A DNA stretch of 31,836 nt, from positions 1-31,836 of the forward strand of contig JAKMXF010000079.1 of assembly GCA_024704765.1 (NCBI GenBank), written 5' to 3'. The translations under genes and the position numbers were made by a program. The stretch's first letter is position 1, and every line of letters starts with the position of its first letter. The notes under the pieces are model-generated. The model was not told the DNA's origin. It saw only the letters and a list, made by a program, of their open reading frames with translations, and ran no database searches. The DNA is from Oopsacas minuta. Lineage: Eukaryota > Animalia > Porifera. Positions 1-8,780 of this stretch are shown here, piece by piece.

Positions 1-145
1 GCTAATAGGGCAACGAAATTAACATTATAATCCCGTTTGGGACCCGAAAGCTGGTTGCTAATAGAGCAATATTACTAATAAGCTAACTACATTGTATATG
101 AAAACGAAAACTTCCAAATTTATCTGGGAGGCAAGAAAAACTTTT

Positions 146-190
146 GGGGGGGCAACCGCCCCCCCTTGCCCCCCCGTAGCTACGTGCCTG
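146..190. mobile_element. Probable terminal region of a non-autonomous DNA transposon (MITE-like end)
   Basis: G/C homopolymer-rich tract GGGGGGGCAACCGCCCCCCCTTGCCCCCCCGTAGCTACGTGCCTG ending in ...CTG, typical of TIR element ends; the partner end is not seen in the window. Confidence 0.4.
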
Positions 191-199
191 CTTTATATC

Positions 200-261
200 A
201 GGTTCCATCAATACTAAAGTTCTTGAAAATATTTTACAGAACTTTAGTATTGATGGAACCT
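200..261. repeat. Near-perfect palindrome with 24-bp arms
   Basis: AGGTTCCATCAATACTAAAGTTCT (200-223) is the exact reverse complement of 238-261; the 14-nt loop itself contains the palindrome AAAATATTTT. Confidence 0.95.
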
Positions 262-380
262 AATCAGCCCTACCTTCCGACTGACCAGGACAAGTAAAGG
301 AGGACAGAAGTTACTAGCAGGAGGCTACATATAAAGTAATTGTTCTGAATATACATATATATTAAATACTTTTGTTTTCG

Positions 381-423
381 AAAGGAAACTTAGTAAAAAC
401 TAAGTTTTTACTAAGTTACCTTT
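381..423. repeat. Palindrome with 15-bp arms and 1-nt centre
   Basis: AACTTAGTAAAAACT (387-401) / AGTTTTTACTAAGTT (403-417), extended by AAAGG/CCTTT after one mismatch. Confidence 0.9.
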
Positions 424-817
424 GTGAATACAAACTTAGTTTTTGATGTGTAATGTTTCAAAAAACAAGTCTTTACTTAATTTTAGTAATAGCAATAGTT
501 AAATTTAAGTAGTTAGTTGATAGGGCCTGTCAGGCTTTTACTAGTCCTGGGGTAACAACTGATCCGGAACTGCTATGGCCGACTACAACTTGTCCTCCTT
601 TGCCATAACTTGCTCGACCGCTGTAATAGCCCTAGAATATACCCAATCACAAAATTTATATTATTGAATCTTAATTGTTATTTGTTTGTTTGTTTGTTGG
701 TCAAAGAAAGGATTTAATGTATGAAATTTTGAAATTGTAGCATAACTATGTATTAATCGTGTTTATCAAGGAAGTAAATAGAATTCAATAAAACTTCACT
801 AAATATATTGAACATGC

Positions 818-1070
818 TGAATCCGATTTTCACACTTTTGGATTAATCATATGTAGATTTATTGTTGTTTTTATGCATATAAGGTAAACAAATTATCCAA
901 ATCTCAAAATATTCGTACAATCTTGCTCTAAACGGCTACTCAGGGGATGATCTTACAAATTAATTCAAAAAATATATATGCCATATACGTATATTGGAGA
1001 ATAATGGATATCACGAAGCAACGAGCCTTTGGCTCGTACCTCCTATATCACAATCACAAAATACCTCCTA
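818..1070 (-). mobile_element. Diverged non-autonomous repeat (Helitron/Helentron-like), copy A
   Basis: 818-939 is an inverted homologue (roughly 75% by eye) of 4167-4291; short hairpin ACGAGCC-TTT-GGCTCGT at 1021-1037. Family assignment is inference. Confidence 0.45.
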
Positions 1071-1899
1071 TATTTCCAGGGTTTTTGGATTGTGAGTGTG
1101 CAATGTCTTGTATCCTTGTTGTAAGTAAAATTGCCATTATTTTGATGTTAGTGTTATGAAGATATAAAAGATAGTAGCAAATGTAGAGCATGTCCGAATG
1201 AACATGTTTGGAACAATGTAATATCGTAAATCTTAGAATACAAAACAATTTCAATTAATATTCAAGTCATATCATCTCTAATGGAGTAATAAATACGGTA
1301 GGACTCGAATAAGACATACTATTTCTTAGAAAAATTCAATAGTGAACAACAATATTTCTAGTACAAATTATTTGATTCCTAATTAATAGCTAATAATCTG
1401 GTGGAACTCTAATGAACTTACGATCTTTGACACAAACCTAACTACTCAAATCCGATGCAAAATTTCCAGATTTTTGCAAAATCTCTAAATGTTTGTTCTT
1501 ATTTTCTTTTATTTTCCTTTTATTGTCAAGATGTAATCACATTCACATCTTTGAACTGCCAAATCTACTTAGGTATTTATCCTCATGGTCACTGAGTTGA
1601 TATATTGATAAGTAGAATACTATGTCTATTATATATGGGGTACAATTTTAGGAAATCTTTATGCATATACTATCTTGCAACCAAATATCTAGCTTGATTT
1701 AACCATATTTTGAACCTATGATTCCTGAAAAATCTCTGTGACAACCTTACAGATTTCTCATGTCCTTGTTGTTTGAAGATTCATTGCACTCCTACTTGTC
1801 CTAGAAGATCTATCTCCCATCTAACATCTGAACGAAGTAAAGCTTTCCCACTCAAAATCATTAAGAAGAAATTATCTAATAATATTAAATGTTATAAAA

Positions 1900-3657
1900 G
1901 GATCGAGAAATTTCGCAAAAGCTGCTAAGAGAACTAGTCTACACAGCAAATTATATTTTTATCAAAGTTTCTTTAACAAATTTACATCCGATACATATTA
2001 CAATGACAATATACAAACATCAGCGACTAATATTTGAACAAATTTTATACACATAACAATAGACAGGGACAGATTGGACAGATTGTTACCGCGACACACA
2101 ACATTTGCTATATTATGCAACAGATGTATGGATTGGATTATCTAATCAACTATTGAGAACATATTATGTTCATGAAACAATTCATGAGTTCTTAAACCAA
2201 GAAACTAAGATTGATTAATAATTATTTCTCAAACGCACATTCACCTCAAACAAATCAATTCAACATATTCAATAAATTTGAAAGAAAACGTACAAAATAT
2301 TCAAAATATAGAAAAATAATAAAGGCATAGTACAATATTCATGATTTCATCTATTAGCTCAGAAACCAGAACTAGATGTACAAATCCCGAGTAAATGAAC
2401 CCAGAATGTAATATTTATTCTCATATACACTCAACTATCAACTCTAATCCATTCAACACCCCAAACGAAAAATGAACTATACGTATGTTTAATGAAATCC
2501 CAAATTTTACTTACAATTACAATATGTATACAATATTGGATTATTCCAAAGCAGATCCATAATTCTTCAACTTTGCACACAGAAATCCTATACACAGATA
2601 CATCAATCCAATAATAATGACACCATTATTTACCCACAACCATCCCCCACATTCCTGATTTTTGGTAACAATGATGAATCACTTTCATCTTTTCCTCTGA
2701 CATTATTCCAGAGGTCTCAAAGAAGATTCCACCGAGACTTACTCATTGAAGATGCTTTGCATACAAGTGCATACAACTGGTGAGTCCTAATAATTATTTC
2801 GAAGATAATATTGAAGTGTATGACAGAAAATATAGATGTTAATGACTAAGAAAATCCTTTAATCAAGACATAATGAACAGAATAACTGACCAAAAGAATT
2901 CTATATAAAAGAGGATAGACTCTTTTCCTCAAATTTCTTCGTTCTCTACATACAACTGAGTCGATAGTCCAACGTCTGCTGGGCCATATAAATAATATTA
3001 TTGTTCTTATTATTGTTTACAAACTAGTTTAAACTCTACTGGCAATTAACTAAACAAACTAGTGACAAATTTAATACAAATATGTGTTTACAATTTGTAG
3101 AACATTAAAACAATAAAACAAAAACAACAAAACCAGACGAAGACAGAATGTTACCACGACAAAAATATTTGTAGTATGGACGTATGATCTCAATTACTCT
3201 AGCAATATATCACAGATGAATTATTGATGATTTCGGATTCTATAACTGGAATATGTGCATAGCTAGCTTAACTGAAGTAAACCTGAATACCTCTGATTGA
3301 AACCTGAACCCCTACCAGATGACCATACAGCTTCTGTTAAAAGAATTATACTAATGTATATTCTGTAAAACAAAACGGTCATAATGACGAATGTAACAAA
3401 CAGAATATAAACTTTACAGCCATCATATAGAACTAACGTACTACTGGACAATACCCTAATATGTATATCATCTTTGTTAACATCAGTCAAACCTAATAAT
3501 AGACTTACAAATAGACATCTACAATTCAAACTAAAACAACTGATAACACAATTTACGCAAACAGTGACTTGTATGCTACAAAAGAAGTTGAGAAACCACC
3601 AAGCAAGAGTCACACAGTTAAACCATTCATCTAGTAATAATCATATGGGAAAGTAAA
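1900..3657 (+). pseudogene. Highly decayed Penelope-like RT relic
   Basis: A-rich, G-poor plus strand; frame-broken motifs in PLE order: ILDYSK..FNFA (about 2530-2580), DNIEVYDRK..RITDQK (2800-2900), QFVEH (about 3090), CSMDV.S..YSSNI (3170-3210), IDLQI...TIY (3500-3560). Many stops. Confidence 0.4.
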
Positions 3658-3659
3658 TC

Positions 3660-3890
3660 CTATCTTTTGGTATCCTGTGTTCTGGTATCCTGAGGTTCAT
3701 ACAGGGATTCGTTTTGAGTATATCTTATTTTGTTATGTTGCGACTCAATTGCTGTCCTCTATCTGATGTGCTGATTATGTTGGGTTTTCTTGAATATAAG
3801 ATATATCTTATTTCTGTGTTTCCAAGTTGTACTTGACTCTATGATTTGAGTTGTTAATTTGTGTCAAAGTTCGAAATTCTTCATTAAAGT
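3660..3890 (-). pseudogene. Small decayed PLE pre-RT fragment
   Basis: Minus-strand pieces NIISTSDRG (ADKG-like) and KIRYTQNESLYE; the strand skew flips at about 3657. Confidence 0.3.
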
Positions 3891-3947
3891 ATAATATTGC
3901 GTGTGATGCAAGAGAATTGCATCTATATTATTATAACACAAATTAAT

Positions 3948-4291
3948 CTATAACGAGCTGCTTTGCTTGCTCGCGCTGCGCGGCTTGCAAACACTTCGCA
4001 TCAGACTTGGCCCTTCATGGCTCGATTTAACAAAGTATAAAATTGCAAAAAGGAATTAATAAATAAATATTTCAATTATTTGTTTACTTCATCAAAACAA
4101 CAAAATTTAGGTATAATAAACTTGAAAATGCGAAATTCAGATTCAAACATACTTTGTTATCCCAAGGTAGCTTTTAAGAGCAAGTCTCTACGTATATTTT
4201 GAGATTTCAACTATTTGTTTACTTTATATTCATAAAAACAACAATAAATTTGCATATGAGAAACTTGACAATTCGTTGAAATTCGGATTCA
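3948..4291 (+). mobile_element. Diverged non-autonomous repeat (Helitron/Helentron-like), copy B
   Basis: GC-rich start TATAACGAGC...GCTCGCGC, followed by a segment (4167-4291) homologous to the reverse complement of 818-939. Confidence 0.45.
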
Positions 4292-5144
4292 ATTTACCTG
4301 ATTACCCCAATGTAATTGTTTGCTTTCTTATATCGTCAACAGAAGGATAGAATTGTGTAAACTTTAGACCACAAATCTATATGAATACTGACAAAATTCA
4401 GTGACATTTAACCGAATACTGCCGAGAGATATTCATTAGATTTTGAAGTAGCATTTTCTATCATCAATTTTACATAAAACAATCCAATTACCTCTCATAT
4501 TGATTGCGATTAAGTGATAAATAATAATTGGATAATTGATTCTTTCATTTCTACTATTTTAAGTTATCATTGCAGCTACACGAGTTGACCTAGATATTTT
4601 TTCTTTACACTAACCTATAAACCAAGAATATATCTATCATACGTAAAGAAATTAATTTGAAATCGTCATTGAGGCAGAAAATATGCATGAAATTATACTA
4701 GTTGTGATATTTATTGGCTACACCAAAAAAGGTAATGAATTATTCCCACTTGCAATTATAGATCAATTATATTACTGATTACTCAGGTTTCAACTCTATA
4801 GATTCCTCTAATTACTTAGTATTATTGAGAAGCAATTCAAATACAGTATTTCAATGTATTAGATATTCTATCGAATATTTATCAGCGTGTACCATGTGTC
4901 ATTTATGGTGGCCTATTAGTATATGTGACCCATATGACCCATTATATATGTTCCCACGAACATTAAAATAAGTGACTCGTGATGCAACAACTCATCCAAT
5001 AAAACAACAACAACAACAACAACAACAAACAGTGTAAATTCTCTCTCTCTTCTCTTCTCTTCTCTCCTCTCCTCTACAAACACCTCCAGGACTGCTAATC
5101 CCAATGAGTCTTTACCGTCCACCCAAGAATTATTCTCGCGTGTA

Positions 5145-5594
5145 TTGTGTGAAGTTACACCAAGCCTCTCTCCGCCTCAGCGCGCTGAATTTGACGATCT
5201 GGCAGCACAAGTATCGGAGTTGTCGCTCTCACATGGTGAGGTAACTGCTGGGATAAAGCGTGATGCAGAGGAAATAAAGTTAGACATGGCAGTAATGAGA
5301 TCTGCAATTGAAGCCCTCGGAAAGAACGAGCGTGATAAGGAGAAACTACAGGCAACTATTGCAAGACTTGAGTCAGCGGTTACCCAGCTTCGTGACGAGA
5401 ATGAACAACTGCTAGAGCAGCAAAGCAGAGATGTTACTGCACAGGTTGCACCGTCTACTGAGTCTCTACCATCATACGCATCTGCAATCAGGTCATGTAC
5501 CCTGAAAGTGAGTGTCAGCCGTGGTGATCCTGATGAATCTTATCACATCATCCGAGAGGCCTCGTGGAGGAACCAGAGATCTAAAGAAATGTGA
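5145..5594 (+). pseudogene. Inverted paralogue of the coiled-coil ORF, without a proper start codon
   Basis: Frame is open from 4983 to the stop at 5594 with no upstream ATG (track start is TTG); 4 aa differences from the minus copy in the core. Confidence 0.6.
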
Positions 5595-5630
5595 AGAAAT
5601 GTAGGTTAAAACTTAGAAAAAACAACTCAC
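5581..5630 (-). other. Putative 50-nt spliceosomal intron in the inverted-repeat spacer
   Basis: Minus strand TG|GTGAGT...TTAAC (branch-like, 5609-5605)...TTTCTTCACATTTCTTTAG|ATC; the acceptor coincides with the inner end of the left arm. Confidence 0.7.
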
Positions 5631-6307
5631 CAAAACCGGTCAGGCGGTTTGCACTGACTGGTTGATCTCAAGTTCCTCGCACGAGACCATCTCGGACAAG
5701 CTGGTAAAGACTCATCAAGACCGTCACGGTTGACACCCATTTTCGGAGTAGATGATCTGATCGGAGATACGAATGATGGTAGAGACTGAGTAGACGATGC
5801 AACCTGTGCAGTAACATCTCTGCTTTGCTGCTCTAGCAGTTGTTCATTCTCATCACGAAGCTGGGTAACCGCTGACTCAAGTCTTGCAATAGTTGCCTGT
5901 AGTTCCTCCTTATCACGCTCGTTCTTTCCGAGGGCTTCAATTGCAGATCTCATTACTGCCATGTCTAACTTTATTTCCTCTACATCACGCTTTATCCCAA
6001 CAGTTACCTCACCATGTGAGAGCGACAACTCCGATACTTGTGCTGCCAGATCGTCAAATTCAGCGTGCTGAGGCGGAGAGAGGCTTGGTGTAACTTCACA
6101 CAATACACGCGAGGATAATTCTTGGGTGGGCGGTAGAGACTCATAGAGATTAGCAGCCACCGGAGGGTAAGTAGGGAGAGAGTGAGAGAAAGAGAGAGAG
6201 ACAGAGGGTTGTTGTTGTTGTGATTGCGGGTCCGGCGGGTCCGGCGGTTCTGGAGTCGGGAATTGGGCGGGTGGAACCCTCCCCAAACATGGGAAGTATA
6301 TTCTCAT
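5627..6307 (-). CDS. 226-aa protein with Pro-rich N-terminus and central coiled coil, function unknown (gag/ORF1-like)
   Basis: ATG 4 nt after a strong splice acceptor; PEPPDPPDP motif, heptad-rich helix (LAAQVSEL...LLEQQ), C-terminal KPPDRF. No family recognised. Confidence 0.65.
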   Translation of the reverse strand: MRIYFPCLGRVPPAQFPTPEPPDPPDPQSQQQQPSVSLSFSHSLPTYPPVAANLYESLPPTQELSSRVLCEVTPSLSPPQHAEFDDLAAQVSELSLSHGEVTVGIKRDVEEIKLDMAVMRSAIEALGKNERDKEELQATIARLESAVTQLRDENEQLLEQQSRDVTAQVASSTQSLPSFVSPIRSSTPKMGVNRDGLDESLPACPRWSRARNLRSTSQCKPPDRFW

Positions 6308-6311
6308 GTTC

Positions 6312-6366
6312 CTAAATACAATATAGAATAAAAGATATGACTTAGATAAGTCGTGACAAAACTTAC
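6312..6366 (-). other. Putative 55-nt 5'-UTR intron
   Basis: Minus strand AAG|GTAAGT...CTTTTATTCTATATTGTATTTAG|GAACATG: consensus donor, pyrimidine tract and acceptor. Confidence 0.75.
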
Positions 6367-6467
6367 CTTAGAAAAAGTTTGATCCGGTGGTGCAGTCTGA
6401 ACAATCTTATATTATGGTGTATTTATGTGATAAAATTGTAAATAAATATTTGAATAAATCTTCTTCC

Positions 6468-6474
6468 TTATATA
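6468..6474 (-). promoter_or_regulatory. Candidate TATA box of the coiled-coil/hairpin transcript
   Basis: TATATAA(GG) on the minus strand about 100 nt upstream of the donor at 6366. AT-rich context lowers specificity. Confidence 0.45.
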
Positions 6475-6649
6475 CCTGACCTCACGCCTCTTGGGAGGTT
6501 TAGAACAAGTAGTAATACCAATTGTTAACGTAATTGTTAAAATATTTCCCCATATCTATTTTACTGTTTTGTGATGCATAAAGTGTTAATTATTTAATAG
6601 ACTTCAAGTGATGATTTGTCATGTATGATATAGTCCGTGTTGATTTTCT

Positions 6650-6958
6650 TTAGTTTTCTCCTCCAATCTGTTTCCTTGTTATCTCTGCAGTTGTAGGGTG
6701 TCGTATAGGAGCTGGGGGGTAAAGAGCTAGTACTTGCCATTTGATAGAGGGGCTGAGTTGGTTTTTAACGATGTTGTGCTTTTCTGCGTACTTGAGTGTA
6801 GAATTCTCAGTGTTAGCTATCCCTATGAGGACGTGTGGGTTGTTAGGCTCACCATTTGCGTTTTTCCCATAGTGCAGGAGGTACAGCATGCGTAGTCTTG
6901 TGCACGGTATAATGGGGTTGAGAGGTGTACGCTTGCGAGGGTCTCGTAATTGTTGCAC
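6650..6958 (-). CDS. GIY-YIG-like endonuclease domain of the PLE (frameshifted continuation of RT)
   Basis: PCT..MLYLL...VLIG...KYAEKH...WQVL...AEI...GEN-stop follows the PLE EN layout, preceded by C..TC.MC in the RT frame; one extra base at the G4 run 6914-6917 would join the frames. Confidence 0.6.
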   Translation of the reverse strand: MQQLRDPRKRTPLNPIIPCTRLRMLYLLHYGKNANGEPNNPHVLIGIANTENSTLKYAEKHNIVKNQLSPSIKWQVLALYPPAPIRHPTTAEITRKQIGGEN

Positions 6959-8241
6959 ATTCTGCAGGTGTAGGATGGACAGTGTATATAGTTATGGTTG
7001 TGGGTGGACTTTGGCATTTGGTAGCAGAGTTGTCCTTTCAGTAGCGCGAGGGGGATATTGGGGATAAGGTGGTAATCCGTGATCTCCAGGTGGTGTAGTT
7101 GGGATTTGGTTGGTCTGGTTTGGCTGTATGTATATTTGAGGATTGGCTTGAACTCAAAAGGCTCTTTATCTGTTCTAGTGGGGAAGTAGCATATGTTAAC
7201 AAGCTTGGTTGTAACGTCTCTGAGGTTGTGTCCCAGTCTTTTGAGGGATGGGAGATATCTGCGGAGGAGGTGGTCAAGTGCATCCGCTGGGTTCGTTGCT
7301 ATCTTGGATGCTCTAAAGGCGCTTGATTGGTACGTATTTTTGCACATTTTCCGTCTAGGGTGGTAAGATTGGGGATGTAGAAGTACCGGTTGTCTGTATT
7401 GTTGTGTAATTGGTTTAAAGGTCTTTGTTTGGGTGTCATAGATGCAGTCCTGAGTGGCATTGGGTGCTGTTTCTTTTAAGGTGTACGGTCCTAGTGGCAG
7501 GTCCATAACTGGGAAGGTAGCTGCCAGGTCGTCAAAGTAAATTGTGAGGACCAAATTGCCCGGAGGTGGACGGTAGTTGTTTAAGAGGTAGGCAGTGCAT
7601 AATCTAGCTAGTTCAGGAGCTATTGGTAGCCCCATGGGTATCCCTACGTTTCCTAGGTGGAAGAATTCATCACCGTTTGTTGTGAAGTTGAAGTTGAGGA
7701 GTTCTTTTAGGATTAGCATTTCCCTATCATGTCCTGGGATGAAGTGATAAAAAGCTGTTAAGACAAGGTCATGCGGGGTATTGGGATAGAAGGCCTCGAT
7801 GTCTGCGGTATATATGTGTTCCGGTGTTCCTGGTTTGCTTAGTTCGCTAATGGTCTCAAATATGTCCTGTGTAAGGTACGGGTGTAGCTGGATAATGGGT
7901 GTTATAATGTTGCGAATGGTTTTGCTAGCGCAGGAAGTAATGGTATTCTTGTGGTTGATGATGGGCCGGCTGATGTCAACTAGGTTTTTGGCTTCGTTGG
8001 TGTAGGTATAGATTTCCGGGTACTCTGTACTATGGGTTATGGAGGTTGGTTTATGAGTCTTGATTTTGAAGTACATTGTTGGTACTCGATCATCTGTGTT
8101 ATAGAGTTGTGTGTGTGGGTTTACTTGGTACAGTGCATGCTTCAGTTTGGAGATGGCGTTCATATACGTAATGGGGTGGACGTTCGTGGCTGTCTTGGCC
8201 AGGTAGAGTTGATACACCCTCATAACCGTGAAGGTCTTCAT
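6823..8241 (-). CDS. Penelope-like reverse transcriptase
   Basis: ADKG just upstream in frame, PTMYFKIKTHK, RPIIN, TADIEAFYPN, GIPMGLPIAPELA, YFDD, HPQSYHP: the PLE RT motif series. The frame opens at about 8295. Confidence 0.93.
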   Translation of the reverse strand: MKTFTVMRVYQLYLAKTATNVHPITYMNAISKLKHALYQVNPHTQLYNTDDRVPTMYFKIKTHKPTSITHSTEYPEIYTYTNEAKNLVDISRPIINHKNTITSCASKTIRNIITPIIQLHPYLTQDIFETISELSKPGTPEHIYTADIEAFYPNTPHDLVLTAFYHFIPGHDREMLILKELLNFNFTTNGDEFFHLGNVGIPMGLPIAPELARLCTAYLLNNYRPPPGNLVLTIYFDDLAATFPVMDLPLGPYTLKETAPNATQDCIYDTQTKTFKPITQQYRQPVLLHPQSYHPRRKMCKNTYQSSAFRASKIATNPADALDHLLRRYLPSLKRLGHNLRDVTTKLVNICYFPTRTDKEPFEFKPILKYTYSQTRPTKSQLHHLEITDYHLIPNIPLALLKGQLCYQMPKSTHNHNYIHCPSYTCRMCNNYETLASVHLSTPLYRAQDYACCTSCTMGKTQMVSLTTHTSS

Positions 8242-8641
8242 TATTAGTAGTCCCGGGCCTTTGTCTGCTGATAGAATTTGGAGGTTCTCCTTTTTTTAAG
8301 TTGGCTTTAAGGTTTTTAAGCAGTTGGTTGTAGCGGCTATAGGTCCTCTGCTCATATTTGGGGATTTGGTAATGAGTTAGAGGGGGGCTGTTATTGTCGA
8401 GCTCCAGGATTCCTTTGAACGATGTTAGGAAGGGGTTAGGGTGGTCATCTTGTGGGGTTTGAAAGGTGAGGCCATATTCTAGGAGTTGTTGGAGAATTGA
8501 TGCTGTATTAATGTTGCCTGTTTGGTGGATGAATATTGGCGGAGGTTTATATTCCCAGGTTGAGGGGATTGGTAGAGGAGGTGTTATACTGATGGCTGCA
8601 TGTTGGGTTCTGCCAGTTTGGTGTATAAGGTGATGGTGCAT
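8099..8641 (-). CDS. N-terminal part of the PLE RT protein (frameshifted)
   Basis: LLEYGLTFQTP matches the PLE N-terminal LL.KGL.F.P motif; removing one base from the T7 run at 8291-8297 fuses it to ..NLQILSADKG. The frame is open upstream to 8797. Confidence 0.75.
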   Translation of the reverse strand: MHHHLIHQTGRTQHAAISITPPLPIPSTWEYKPPPIFIHQTGNINTASILQQLLEYGLTFQTPQDDHPNPFLTSFKGILELDNNSPPLTHYQIPKYEQRTYSRYNQLLKNLKANLKKGEPPNSISRQRPGTTNNEDLHGYEGVSTLPGQDSHERPPHYVYERHLQTEACTVPSKPTHTTL

Positions 8642-8711
8642 GCTTTTGTCTAGTGGTGTCGTGTGTTCTATGCATAGGCGGCAATTATGGGAGAGGTATG
8701 TGTCAAGTAGG

Positions 8712-8746
8712 AGGGAAGGCGGAAGGGCACTTAGTCCGCCTTCCCT
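8712..8746. other. GC-rich stem-loop with a perfect 12-bp stem
   Basis: AGGGAAGGCGGA (8712-8723) / TCCGCCTTCCCT (8735-8746), 11-nt loop. Confidence 0.85.
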
Positions 8747-8780
8747 AAATGAAAAGGACCCTCTGAAGTTTGTGCCTGAT

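Larger units (their letters stand above)
5001..6225. repeat. Large inverted repeat, arms about 5001-5581 and 5664-6225
   Basis: Ungapped pairing with p+q=11248 from 5104/6144 to 5541/5707; core 5135-5450 vs 5798-6113 has 5 differences in 316 bp; weaker homology continues inward to GAGATC and outward through (CT)n and (CAA)n tracts. Confidence 0.97.

Noticed and set aside
1440-1620. MULE SWIM zinc finger relic (VDLAVQRCEC, minus strand)
   Set aside because: Only one short motif in a stop-ridden frame, with no supporting transposase motifs.
5530-5600. Hammerhead ribozyme core (CTGATGA ... GAAA)
   Set aside because: No stem II closing directly onto GAAA, and the motif is not kept in the other arm (TTGATGA). 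An eye scan of the PLE sense strand found no CTGANGA core; a covariance-model search is still needed.
5104-6144. G-U wobble or A-to-I editing bias favouring the minus-strand hairpin
   Set aside because: 4 of 5 core differences fit, but the inner flank splits 8 vs 6 and the outer flank 0 vs 3, so there is no overall signal.
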